Positions 34,669-44,329 of a stretch of 57,902 nucleotides of DNA are shown one piece after another (the first letter of the stretch is position 1; each line of letters begins with the position of its first letter). Below the pieces are notes generated by a model that saw nothing but the letters and a program-made list of their open reading frames with translations, did not search any database and had not been told where the DNA came from. The stretch covers positions 1-57,902 of the IMG/VR virus record IMGVR_UViG_3300028370_000001, one strand, 5' to 3'. Source of the stretch: a virus (Duplodnaviria > Caudoviricetes). The translations under genes were made by a program, and so were the position numbers.

Positions 34669-36881
34669 ATGACCCTAGTAGTAGTCTCGGATTGCGAAAC
34701 AGATGGGCTAGACCCTGACAACCTGTGGTGTGTGGTCAATAAAGAACTTGGAGCTAAGTCCTACAAAACGTGGGACTTCAACTCAGGGTATGAAACCTTC
34801 ATTGACTACGCAAAGACAGTAGACCGCTGGGTATTCCACAACGGTATAAGCTATGATGGTCCCGTGATAAACAAACTACTCGGGTCCACCGTGATTGATC
34901 CCTTTAAAATCTGTGATACTTTTGTTGTGTCCCGCCTTGTTAACTACATGGGGTACAACGGTCACGGACTAGATGAGATCGGTATCTCCCTTGGGCAGCC
35001 TAAGACAGTCTTCAATGACTGGGAGAAGTACACACCAGAGATGTTGTCCTACTGTAAGGATGACGTAGACCTAGGCACAAAGATATACAATAAGTACAAG
35101 AAGTATATCGACGACCCTGCTTGGGCTATGTCTATGGAGACTGAGCACCGGATGGCTATGTTGTGTAAGAAGATGCACGACAATGGTTTCAAGTTCAACC
35201 TTCAGTTAGCTAACGAAGTCCTACCTCAGATACAAGACAGACTTGACGAACTTAGCGCAGGGATGCAACGTGCTTTCCCACCTGAGCTTAAGGAGGTTCA
35301 CCGTATCCAGTACCGTACTAAGGCAGACGGTGAGCTCTACGCTACCACAGCTAACGCTATGGATAACTTCCCTAAGACTGTGATCGACGGTGATGAGCTG
35401 GTGTGTTTCGATTGGGTATCGTTTAACCCTGGGTCACACCTGGATCGTATCGATAAACTCTGGGATGCAGGGTGGAGCCCTACTGAGAAGTCTAAGGCAC
35501 ACTATAAGTTCTCTCAACGGGGTGCAGTAGGTGACAAGTGGGGTAAGAAAGTCCTTACTCAGGAGACGTATGACGCTAAGAAGGAAGAGTTCGAACACTA
35601 CGGCTGGACGGTAAGCGATGAGAACCTTGAGACACTCCCAAGCACAGCCCCTCAGGGTGCTCGTGACCTTGCTGAGTGGTTGTGCCTCAACGGTAGACTA
35701 AAGCCACTAGAGGAGCGTATCAGGGAGTGTGAGAGGGACGGACGTATCCGCACTAACTTCTGGCATATCGGGGCATGGACCCACCGTATGTCCCACTCGT
35801 CTCCTAACCTAGCTAATATCTCCTCACCATTTCAGGGGGAAGTAGTCACTGCTGTTGACCTTGTTAAGGAGAGGTTCGACGGTCAACTACGTGCTATGTT
35901 TACAGTGGACGAAGGCAACTGGCTAGTAGGTACAGACGCTGAGTCTATCCAGCTACGTATCCTAGCTCACTACCTAAAGAACGACGAGTACGTTAAGGCT
36001 ATCACTGAAGGGAGGAAAGAAGATGGAACAGATATCCACAACGTTAACCGTGCAGCACTCGGACTTGAGCACCTTACTCGGGACCACGCCAAAACTTTTA
36101 TCTTAAAGCTAGGATAACTTAGGGGTAACCCTTCGATTAAAACCTCGTGAACTCAGGGGAGGCCTCTAGTAGGTAATCCTGAGCCAAGCTAAGTAAACAA
36201 AAAGCTATTGATTACTTAGAAGGTGCAACGACTATCGAAAGCACATCGAAAGATGGAAGTTAGTAGAGTACACCCAAGTGGGTGGAAGCGCGAGGCTCCT
36301 GCTGTAAGCAGGATGATGATATAGTCTAGTCTATGCGGCGACGTGTAGCAGTTCATAAGAGAACGGGCTGAGCTTAACGAACTCAGTTGAATAAAAACGA
36401 TGCTTGGCTACTCGGAGCAGGAAACGGCAAGGTCGCTAGAATCTTGGGCTGTACAACACGACAGGCGAAGGGGGCGGTGGATTCTTTCGTTGACCGTACC
36501 AAGGGACTTGGGAAACTTAAATCAGGACTTATCCGTAGGGATGCAGCCCGAGGTTTCTTTGAAGGTTTCGACGGTAGAAAAGTTATCTGTCCCTCAGAGT
36601 ACTTAATGTTAGCAGGTTATCTGCAGAATGGAGAGGCTGTAATCATGAAGAGAGCCAACTGGCTATGGGACAAGTGGTGCACAGAGGATGGCTTGAACTT
36701 CAAGCAAGTCAATCTTGTTCACGATGAATTTCAAACAGAAGTTTGTGGGACGTATGAAGAGGCAGAAAGAGTAGGTTACCTGCAGTGTAAATCTCTTGTA
36801 GCTACAGGAGAAGAACTCGGATTGTTTTGCCCCATGTCTGGTGAGACACGTATAGGGAGGTCTTGGCTTGAAACCCACTGA
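34669..36881 (+). CDS. polA: DNA polymerase family A, spliced (exons 34669-36103 and 36400-36881; 638 aa)
   Basis: Exo DCETDGL; motif A DAESIQLR; motif B KTFI-Y-AWLLGAG restored by splicing; motif C VHDE. Confidence 0.93.
36104..36399 (+). ncRNA. Group I intron without ORF (296 nt)
   Basis: 5' exon ends in U, intron ends in G; P1 TTATCT/GGATAA; core AACTCAGGG/AATCCTGAG; P7 GACTA/TAGTC. Confidence 0.92.
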
Positions 36882-37284
36882 TAAACGGTGTAAGCATTGT
36901 AAGAAGTATAAACCAGCAACCTTTGACTTCTTCTTTAGGAAAAAATCTGCTAAGGATGGTTACGCCACAGACTGTAAAGTGTGTCACGTAGCTAAGAACA
37001 AGGCAAACCCCAGCTTTGTAACACAACAGAGAAAGTCATGGTTAAAAACTAAGTATGGCATCACCCTTGAGGACTACGATAGGATGTACAAAAAACAGGA
37101 AGGACTATGCGGATGTTGTGGTGAGCCTAATAAAGAGACCTACCTCTGCGTTGATCACTGTCACTCTACTAAAGAAGTAAGAGGTTTGTTATGTCGTATG
37201 TGTAACAAGAGTATTGGCAGCCTTGGAGACACAGTTGAAGGACTGCAGAAAGCTATAGACTACCTAGAGAAACACACACACTAA
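36868..37284 (+). CDS. Endonuclease VII-like homing endonuclease
   Basis: KYGITLEDY..CGCC..VDHCHSTKEVRGLLCRMCN. Confidence 0.88.
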   Translation: MKPTDKRCKHCKKYKPATFDFFFRKKSAKDGYATDCKVCHVAKNKANPSFVTQQRKSWLKTKYGITLEDYDRMYKKQEGLCGCCGEPNKETYLCVDHCHSTKEVRGLLCRMCNKSIGSLGDTVEGLQKAIDYLEKHTH

Positions 37285-37292
37285 GGAGAACA
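37276..37292 (+). repeat. 17-bp direct repeat ACACACTAAGGAGAACA (second copy 37843-37859)
   Basis: Exact match flanking the RNA ligase gene. Confidence 0.85.
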
Positions 37293-37294
37293 CA

Positions 37295-37843
37295 ATGGAA
37301 TTTAACTATGAAGATAGCGGTGTAGAATTTAAGTCTTGGCCTAAGATACCGAGGGACAAAGGTAACATCATCACTATTACTGAAAAGATTGACGGTACAA
37401 ACGCTTGTGTTATTGTGCAAGACGGAGAACTTGTAGGTATTCAATCACGTAACCGTTTGATTAAACCTGGTGATGATAACATGGGGTTTGCCTCCTGGGT
37501 TATGCAGAACAAGGAGGGACTAGAGAGCCTTGGTGACGGGTATCACTATGGTGAGTGGGCTGGTCCTGGTATCCAGAAGAATCCTCATATGTTGGAGAAC
37601 AAGACGTTCTACTTGTTCAACACATTCAGACCACACGAGTCTCTACCTGAGTGTGTCCAACAGGTTGGTATCTTGTACCAAGGTGTGTACTCTAAGGAGA
37701 TTATAGAGGACTGCATGAGTACCCTTTGGTCTTGTGCTGGTTCTGCAGGTTACATCCCAGAAGGAGTTATCGTTTACTTTCATGACACACGCACCTACAT
37801 GAAGGATACCTTTGCAAACCGTAAGGGCAAATGGAACTCTTAA
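37295..37843 (+). CDS. RNA ligase (Rnl2-like adenylation domain)
   Basis: TEKIDGTN, QSRNR, YGEWAG, EGVIV. Confidence 0.8.
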   Translation: MEFNYEDSGVEFKSWPKIPRDKGNIITITEKIDGTNACVIVQDGELVGIQSRNRLIKPGDDNMGFASWVMQNKEGLESLGDGYHYGEWAGPGIQKNPHMLENKTFYLFNTFRPHESLPECVQQVGILYQGVYSKEIIEDCMSTLWSCAGSAGYIPEGVIVYFHDTRTYMKDTFANRKGKWNS

Positions 37844-37861
37844 CACACTAAGGAGAACAAG

Positions 37862-38032
37862 GTGACACACGAGGATAGACTACAAAAAGCTAGGCTAGAC
37901 TGGGACAAAGCTTATGACGCTATTGATGTCCCCTACTTTGAGGGCTACGAAGAGCTACACAAGGAATACCTCAGAGCTAGTAGGGTTTTATCAGAATGCA
38001 AAGCTTTATACTTGACACAACCCCAAGACTAA
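37862..38032 (+). CDS. Hypothetical 56-aa protein
   Basis: GTG after AAGGAG RBS. Confidence 0.45.
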   Translation: MTHEDRLQKARLDWDKAYDAIDVPYFEGYEELHKEYLRASRVLSECKALYLTQPQD

Positions 38033-38040
38033 CTTACTAT
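38012..38040 (+). promoter_or_regulatory. Sigma70-like promoter
   Basis: TTGACA-N17-TACTAT. Confidence 0.7.
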
Positions 38041-38078
38041 TAACGTATGGAAACAAAGATAGCTATAAGGATTAACAC

Positions 38079-38525
38079 ATGGCATCCACTACTCAATACA
38101 TCACAGGCACAGCAATGTGGGCAAAAGTATTCGCTCATAACAAAGACAAGAACGAAGACTTCCACGGACCAGGGGGTGCCTACGTTGTAGACCTCATCGT
38201 TGACAAGGAAGAGCTTGATAGTTTCGTATCTACTGGTGCTCGTACTACACCTAAAACTACCGATGAAGGTATGTCCATCAAGTTCAAACGTAAGCATACT
38301 CACCCCACTATCCCTGCCTTTGGTGGTCCACCTCAGGTTGTTGATGCAGACAAGCAAGCATGGGACGGTACCTTGATTGGCAACGGTTCTACACTTGAGA
38401 TTGCATACACAGTGTACGACACTAAGCTTGGTAAAGGTACTCGCATGGAAGGTGTTCGAGTTATTGAACACATCGAGTTACCACCTATGGAAGGTGACTC
38501 TGGTGTTGCCAAGCTGCCGTTCTAA
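38079..38525 (+). CDS. Single-stranded DNA-binding protein (T7 gp2.5-like)
   Basis: WAKVF, LIGNGS, C-terminal LPF; own promoter. Confidence 0.7.
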   Translation: MASTTQYITGTAMWAKVFAHNKDKNEDFHGPGGAYVVDLIVDKEELDSFVSTGARTTPKTTDEGMSIKFKRKHTHPTIPAFGGPPQVVDADKQAWDGTLIGNGSTLEIAYTVYDTKLGKGTRMEGVRVIEHIELPPMEGDSGVAKLPF

Positions 38526-38713
38526 TGGAGAAAATAATCCTAGACTGCGGTCCAGAACTAATGGGGGCGGCGTTAAACGCTGTCTTCCAAGTCCAACTCC
38601 AGAACCCTGACCAACAGGTAGGCTCTGAGTTTGCTATCAACACACAGGTTAACGGTGTCTCAATGGATGTCATTCGTAACCTCAACTCATACACAATTAG
38701 GGAACCATACTAA
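38525..38713 (+). CDS. Hypothetical protein
   Basis: TAATG coupling. Confidence 0.55.
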   Translation: MEKIILDCGPELMGAALNAVFQVQLQNPDQQVGSEFAINTQVNGVSMDVIRNLNSYTIREPY

Positions 38714-38979
38714 TGACTAATAAACCAAGCTATGCAGCACAGATGATGATGCAACTAGACACCACTGTAACACTACGCCTTATCACGGTACTGGAGGATA
38801 TCGAGGCAGGTAACGACCCTGCTCACATCCCCTTCTATGACTCCCTCAATGAGACCTTGTCCTTCATGCTTAAGCCTGCGGAGCTAGAGCGATTGTCTAC
38901 CCGTGATATTAACCCTGCGTGGCTCACTACTGTGGCTAACCAAGTTGAAGACGCAGAGGTGGTCACTGAGGATGTCTAA
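38713..38979 (+). CDS. Hypothetical protein
   Basis: TAATG coupling. Confidence 0.6.
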   Translation: MTNKPSYAAQMMMQLDTTVTLRLITVLEDIEAGNDPAHIPFYDSLNETLSFMLKPAELERLSTRDINPAWLTTVANQVEDAEVVTEDV

Positions 38980-39844
38980 AGATATCTCAACACTTATCCC
39001 TGATATCATGAAGGTGGTTGACGGGGAAGGGGGGTGGGACGAGACGATCACTAAGTACCTTGCAGATACAATCTCTGAGGTAGCTAGTGAACGTTTCGGT
39101 GGTGTACCGGAGAAGCCTAGGGATACCCTTAGTCTCTCCGGTATCGGCAAACCCTGCGAACGCCAGCTGTGGTCCAAGGTAAACGAGCCTGACCAACAGG
39201 AAGTAATCAACGCTGAACTCAAGGGTACGTTCTTCTATGGTGATCTACTGGAAGCCCTAGTGATTGCCCTTGCTAAGGCAGCAGGCCACGACGTACAAGG
39301 AGAGCAAGATGTTCTCTACGTTAACGGTATCAAGGGTCACCGTGACTGTGTTATTGACGGGTGGCTTGTTGACGTTAAGTCTGCTAGTGACTTCTCCTTC
39401 GAGAAGTTTAAGCGCGGAGACCTAGCCTCTAACGATCCCTTCGGTTACTGCAGTCAGCTCAGCTCCTACCTCTACGCTGGTCAAGACGATCCACTGGTTA
39501 CCGAGAAGAACAAGGCAGCTTTTCTTGTCATCAAGAAGAACCGCTTCGAGTTGTGTCTCGACGTACACGACTTCACTACTCGTCTACCTCACAAGGAGGC
39601 AGAGGTACAGCACAAGAAGGACATGGTACGTGGCCCTATGCCACCCATCCCTGACGTTGCTGCACCTATCCCACAGTCAAAGACTTCACCTAATATGAAG
39701 TTGTCAACGCTGTGTACTTACTGCTTCCGTAAGAAGAAGTGCTACCCTGGTCTACGTACTTTCATGTACTCAGGTGGGCCATCACACCTTACTTACGTAG
39801 GTAAAGAACCACAGGTGCCAGAGATTGACAAGGAGATTTGGTGA
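38972..39844 (+). CDS. PD-(D/E)xK exonuclease (Cas4-like)
   Basis: SLSGIGKPC, GHRDCVIDG..VDVKS, QLSSY, CTYC..C. Confidence 0.8.
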   Translation: MSKDISTLIPDIMKVVDGEGGWDETITKYLADTISEVASERFGGVPEKPRDTLSLSGIGKPCERQLWSKVNEPDQQEVINAELKGTFFYGDLLEALVIALAKAAGHDVQGEQDVLYVNGIKGHRDCVIDGWLVDVKSASDFSFEKFKRGDLASNDPFGYCSQLSSYLYAGQDDPLVTEKNKAAFLVIKKNRFELCLDVHDFTTRLPHKEAEVQHKKDMVRGPMPPIPDVAAPIPQSKTSPNMKLSTLCTYCFRKKKCYPGLRTFMYSGGPSHLTYVGKEPQVPEIDKEIW

Positions 39845-40065
39845 TGAAAGTAGAGTACCAGTACGACCAAGACCCTAGGTACGGATGGGCTTCTATAACT
39901 GTAGACGACAGTAAGCAAGAGCTAATTGTTATGCACAGTACATCCGGTGGGTCTAGAGGTTTTTACTACGATGGTGAGTCTTTTACTCCAACCTGTATTT
40001 GCTCTGCTCACGAACTTTCTGAGTGCGCTTGTGAAGGAGTTAGCTGGGGAGATACGTATGACTAG
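39844..40065 (+). CDS. Hypothetical Cys-containing protein
   Basis: TGATG coupling; CIC..CAC. Confidence 0.55.
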   Translation: MKVEYQYDQDPRYGWASITVDDSKQELIVMHSTSGGSRGFYYDGESFTPTCICSAHELSECACEGVSWGDTYD

Positions 40066-40432
40066 AATAACAACGTCTAGTGCCAAGGCCAAGGGACGAA
40101 AACTTCAAAAGCTTGTACGAGATAAGCTCATAGCTCTGCTTACTCCTCGGGGTATAGTAGAGGATGACGTTAAGTCTACTGGTATGGGGCAAGGAGGAGA
40201 AGACGTACAGCTTTCCCCTGCTGCCCGTAAGTACATGCCAGTTAGCATCGAGTGTAAGAGCTACGCTAAGTTTGCGGTCTACGGTCCTTACGAACAGGCA
40301 GAGAAAGCCTCTGGTTCATACGAACCACTCCTTGTTATCCGAGGAGATAGAAAGAAACCACTCGCTGTTGTATCTCTGGACTACTACCTGTCCCTAGAGG
40401 GATGGCGCATAGTAGGAGAACACGATGAGTAA
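40058..40432 (+). CDS. Holliday junction resolvase-like nuclease
   Basis: SAKAKGRKLQ..GEDV..SIECK. Confidence 0.7.
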   Translation: MTRITTSSAKAKGRKLQKLVRDKLIALLTPRGIVEDDVKSTGMGQGGEDVQLSPAARKYMPVSIECKSYAKFAVYGPYEQAEKASGSYEPLLVIRGDRKKPLAVVSLDYYLSLEGWRIVGEHDE

Positions 40433-41204
40433 AAGTAAAGTCACGCTTGTATTCAGCTGCGCACATGCTGACCCTAGTGCAAGTAACGAACGCTTTGATT
40501 GGTTGGGTAAGTTTATCTACGACCTCAAGCCTGACATGGTTATCGACTTAGGTGACGGTGCAGACATGCGCAGTTTAAACATGTATGACAAAGGAAAACC
40601 CACGGCTATTATAGCCCAGAATTACGAGGCGGATATTGATGTCTACAACGACTCCCAAGAAAGACTCCGACACCAATACCGCTACCACCGCAAAGGGAAA
40701 CCCACATGGATTGGCTTTGAGGGAAACCATGAGCATCGAATCGAAACGGCTCTCTCCTCTGACCCACGTCTTGAGGGATCAAAGTACGGGATTTCCTTTA
40801 GCCATCTTCAAACAGACAAGTACTTCAACGAGTACCACCGGTACGCAAACTCTGCCCCCGCTATCGCTAATTACGATGGTGTGGACTACGCTCACTACTT
40901 TGCTTCTGGTAACTCTGGCCGTGCTTTGTCTGGTATTCACCACGCTTATGGACTCCTCCAGGCTAGAAATGTTTCTTCTACCTGTGGTCATAGTCACCTT
41001 AGGTCTATGTACTTTAAGGATGGTGTTCGTTCTTCGGGGATTATTGCTTCTGTCGTCGGCTGCTACAAAGGGAAAGAAGAATCCTGGGCTGGTCAGTCGA
41101 ACAGTATGTGGGCTAAAGGTGTCATGGTTAAGCGGGAAGTAGAAGACGGTATGTATGACCCACAGTGGGTCTCGATGAAAGCTTTAAAGAAAGAGTACTC
41201 ATGA
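40425..41204 (+). CDS. Calcineurin-like metallophosphoesterase
   Basis: DLGDGAD, GNHEHR, GHSH. Confidence 0.85.
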   Translation: MSKSKVTLVFSCAHADPSASNERFDWLGKFIYDLKPDMVIDLGDGADMRSLNMYDKGKPTAIIAQNYEADIDVYNDSQERLRHQYRYHRKGKPTWIGFEGNHEHRIETALSSDPRLEGSKYGISFSHLQTDKYFNEYHRYANSAPAIANYDGVDYAHYFASGNSGRALSGIHHAYGLLQARNVSSTCGHSHLRSMYFKDGVRSSGIIASVVGCYKGKEESWAGQSNSMWAKGVMVKREVEDGMYDPQWVSMKALKKEYS

Positions 41205-41362
41205 ACATTGAAGTAAACCTAAATCTAACGATTGATCCTGATGCTAACTTCCTAGAGTGTGACGAACAGTCTACCCTAGAGGTGCTGATGGACACCATCA
41301 AGACAGCGTTCTACGAGATTGATGACATCAAGTTAACCTACATCGAACTGGAGAAGACTTGA
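41201..41362 (+). CDS. Small acidic protein
   Basis: ATGA overlap. Confidence 0.55.
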   Translation: MNIEVNLNLTIDPDANFLECDEQSTLEVLMDTIKTAFYEIDDIKLTYIELEKT

Positions 41363-41598
41363 GCCTATGGGTTGAAGTATACGTTGGAAGTAAAAAGAGC
41401 AGGATACTCGTAGCAGAGTCTGTTGCACACAATGTTTCCAACCTAGAGGATACATCTGACTACACTTTTACCAACACAGAGTTTGGAGCAGCACACCTAG
41501 GTATCCCCCCGTCAGAGACTAGGGGTGCAGTCAAAGGACACAACAGGTTATCCTCTGTATGGAAACTTGTACACAAAATCACAGGAGAAACAACATGA
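41359..41598 (+). CDS. Hypothetical protein
   Basis: TTG start after GGAG. Confidence 0.55.
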   Translation: MSLWVEVYVGSKKSRILVAESVAHNVSNLEDTSDYTFTNTEFGAAHLGIPPSETRGAVKGHNRLSSVWKLVHKITGETT

Positions 41599-41966
41599 CA
41601 CAGATGACATTCCTACCCCCCACCATTGCCGACATGGTTGAAGAGTATGCTACTGCTGCTAACCAACCGATACTCAAGGGACGTTATGCTACTGCTATTC
41701 AAGAGGAGTATGGAGAGTGGCGGGACGAAGTAAACGTAAGGGACCACAACCCTAAGGCAGAACTAAAAGAACTCTCTGACTTGGTGTACGTTTGTTATGC
41801 TCGTGCTCGGGAGATGGGTTACAAGTTAGATGAAGCAGTAGCCCTAGTACACAAGAATAACATGGGACGTATGTATCAGCCTGACGGTACGATCTTACGT
41901 AGAGAAGATGGTAAGATTATTAAGAACCCAGAGTATCCTCGAGTATACCTAGGGGACTTAGTATGA
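41595..41966 (+). CDS. MazG-like NTP pyrophosphohydrolase
   Basis: IQEEYGE, KELSDLVYV, VHKNNM, REDGKIIK. Confidence 0.8.
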   Translation: MTQMTFLPPTIADMVEEYATAANQPILKGRYATAIQEEYGEWRDEVNVRDHNPKAELKELSDLVYVCYARAREMGYKLDEAVALVHKNNMGRMYQPDGTILRREDGKIIKNPEYPRVYLGDLV

Positions 41967-42169
41967 GAACTGAGGATATGTCTAAGGTTAGTATTGACAT
42001 AGATGCACTAGACGCTATCACAGTGGAGGGATTAAAAGATATCTACCGACTAGCACACTACTTCGAGGAGACTAAGGAGTGTCTAGCAGTATTAGTAGTC
42101 CTGGAGTACATGCTGTCAACAAAAGATTACAAACAGTTTCTAGATAAACTAGACGAAAAGGAAGTATAG
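41963..42169 (+). CDS. Hypothetical protein
   Basis: Overlapping chain. Confidence 0.55.
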   Translation: MRTEDMSKVSIDIDALDAITVEGLKDIYRLAHYFEETKECLAVLVVLEYMLSTKDYKQFLDKLDEKEV

Positions 42170-42172
42170 TAT

Positions 42173-44074
42173 ATGAGTAACTACCTACCAACAGATTATC
42201 AAACATTCATTGCCACATCTCGCTACAGTCGGTGGCTAGAAGATAAACAACGACGAGAGACATGGGGAGAGACAGTATCCCGTTACATTACTAACGTAAT
42301 TCCAGATGGGTTTGATCATCCAACAACACATCAACTAGAGCAGGCTATCCTGTCTCTCGAAGTGATGCCCAGTATGCGTGGTTTGATGACAGCAGGTGGT
42401 GCTATGGAGCGTGACAACACCTGTCTGTATAACTGCGCGTATACACCAGTAGAGAAGCCAACAGACTTCGACAAGGCTATGTTTATCCTCCTCTGTGGCA
42501 CAGGTGTAGGGTTCTCAGTTGAACGACAGTATGTCTCCAAGCTTCCTACTGTACCTAGTGAGTTTACTCAGAGCTCAGCGACTATCGTTGTGGCTGACAG
42601 TAAGGAAGGCTGGGCCAAAGCTCTCCGTAAAGTTATCAAGGCTCTGTACGAAGGTGTTCTACCCACCTGGGATGTATCCAACGTACGCCCTGCTGGTGCT
42701 AAGCTTAAGACCTTTGGTGGTCGTGCCTCTGGACCTGCTCCTTTGGTTGAGCTCTTCAACTTTGTCACTGCTGTATTCAAGGGGGCACAAGGCCGTAAGC
42801 TCTCCTCTATTGAGTGTCACGACATCATGTGTAAGATTGGTGAAGTGGTAGTAGTCGGGGGTGTTCGTCGCTCTGCAATGATCTCTCTGTCTAACCTGTC
42901 TGATGACCGTATGCGTCACGCTAAGTCAGGTAGCTGGTGGGAGACCTCAGGTCACCGTGCTCTGGCTAACAACTCTGTGTGCTACACTGAGAAGCCTGAC
43001 ATGGAGACATACATTCGTGAGTGGTCTTCCCTAATCGAGAGTAAGTCTGGTGAGCGTGGTGTATTTAACCGTGTGGCTAGTAAGGCTCAGGCAGCTAAGA
43101 ATGGACGACGTGACCCTAACTGGGAGTTTGGTACCAACCCTTGCTCTGAGATTATCCTTCGCCCACGACAATTTTGCAATCTGACGGAGTGTGTCATTCG
43201 TGCAACAGATAGCATTGACGACATCGAACGTAAGGTACGTCTAGCTACTATCCTTGGTACTGTCCAGTCTACCTACACTAGCTTCCCCTACTTGGGTGCT
43301 GAGTGGGAGGCTAACACCAAGGAAGAACGACTGCTTGGTGTATCGCTAACAGGGATCATGGACAACCCGTTGATGACCCTGAAGAACAAAGGACTGGAGA
43401 AGACTCTTGAGCATCTTCGTAGTGTCGCTGTTACTACTAACGCTGAATGGTCTGTTATCCTGGGTGTTCCTCAAAGTACTGCGATCACCTGCGTCAAACC
43501 ATCGGGCACGGTATCTCAGCTTGTGGATAGTGCTTCAGGTATCCATCCTCGCCACAGCGAGTATTATATCCGTACCGTCCGAGGCGATAACAAAGACCCT
43601 CTGACACAGTTCATGGCTGATGCAGGTATCCCAATGGAACCCTGTGTTATGAAGCCTGACACTACGTCAGTCTTTAGCTTCCCTGTTAAGTCTCCTAACA
43701 AGTGCGTCACTCGTGATGACCTCACTGCCGTAGAACAGATGGAGACATGGCTTGCTTACCAACGTCACTGGTGTGAGCACAAACCCTCTATCACTGTCAC
43801 TGTTCGTGATGAGGAGTGGATGGAAGTAGGTGCCTTTGTGTACAAACACTTTGATGAGATGTCAGGTGTATCCTTCTTACCTCACTCTGATCACACATAC
43901 CAGCAAGCTCCATACCAGGAGATTGACAAGGCAACCTACGAGGAAGCATTAGCTCTCATGCCTAAGTCTATCGACTGGACTAAGCTAACAGACTACGAAC
44001 TGGAAGACACTACCAAAGGTTCCAGTACTTTTGCATGTTCTGGCGGCACATGCGAGATTGTGGACTTGACGTAG
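42173..44074 (+). CDS. nrdJ: Class II (B12-dependent) ribonucleotide reductase
   Basis: YNCA, GTGVGFSVE, GGVRRSA, TNPCSEI, VKPSGTVS, C-terminal CSGGTC; no nrdB. Confidence 0.92.
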   Translation: MSNYLPTDYQTFIATSRYSRWLEDKQRRETWGETVSRYITNVIPDGFDHPTTHQLEQAILSLEVMPSMRGLMTAGGAMERDNTCLYNCAYTPVEKPTDFDKAMFILLCGTGVGFSVERQYVSKLPTVPSEFTQSSATIVVADSKEGWAKALRKVIKALYEGVLPTWDVSNVRPAGAKLKTFGGRASGPAPLVELFNFVTAVFKGAQGRKLSSIECHDIMCKIGEVVVVGGVRRSAMISLSNLSDDRMRHAKSGSWWETSGHRALANNSVCYTEKPDMETYIREWSSLIESKSGERGVFNRVASKAQAAKNGRRDPNWEFGTNPCSEIILRPRQFCNLTECVIRATDSIDDIERKVRLATILGTVQSTYTSFPYLGAEWEANTKEERLLGVSLTGIMDNPLMTLKNKGLEKTLEHLRSVAVTTNAEWSVILGVPQSTAITCVKPSGTVSQLVDSASGIHPRHSEYYIRTVRGDNKDPLTQFMADAGIPMEPCVMKPDTTSVFSFPVKSPNKCVTRDDLTAVEQMETWLAYQRHWCEHKPSITVTVRDEEWMEVGAFVYKHFDEMSGVSFLPHSDHTYQQAPYQEIDKATYEEALALMPKSIDWTKLTDYELEDTTKGSSTFACSGGTCEIVDLT

Positions 44075-44094
44075 CCCTCTAAGTACTTTACTAT
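44066..44094 (+). promoter_or_regulatory. Sigma70-like promoter
   Basis: TTGACG-N17-TACTAT. Confidence 0.6.
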
Positions 44095-44100
44095 TACGGT

Positions 44101-44214
44101 ATACCTAGCCTCTGGAATAACCCGGAGGAGATCACTAGGCTAACGCCTTGCTCTGTCTCCTTTGACGAGTGTTTAAACCAAGGTGTGACACCTGAGCATG
44201 TGTAAAAACTGCTC
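44101..44214 (+). ncRNA. Candidate structured RNA/leader with H-type pseudoknot
   Basis: Two hairpins, then ACAC/GTGT crossed with GAGCA/TGCTC. Confidence 0.45.
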
Positions 44215-44245
44215 GCCTAATTGAAACTACATCGAGGAATACACG

Positions 44246-44308
44246 ATGAAAGTAACTTACAAGGATCACATGGGGTCTGACTTACTAGGTAGTCTATGTT
44301 ATAACTAG
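44246..44308 (+). pseudogene. Orphaned original 5' end of thyX
   Basis: MKVTYKDHMGSDL.. with GAGGA RBS mirrors ThyX start MEVKYLEHMGSDL. Confidence 0.8.
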
Positions 44309-44329
44309 ACCATCAGAAGGAGAAGTAAT

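Noticed and set aside
34669-36103. DnaJ-type zinc-finger insertion typical of HMO-2011 polymerases
   Set aside because: No CxxCxGxG repeats, so assignment to that group proper is not supported
36104-36399. Polymerase pseudogene or natural two-subunit split
   Set aside because: Group I intron core and exact restoration of motif B explain the break
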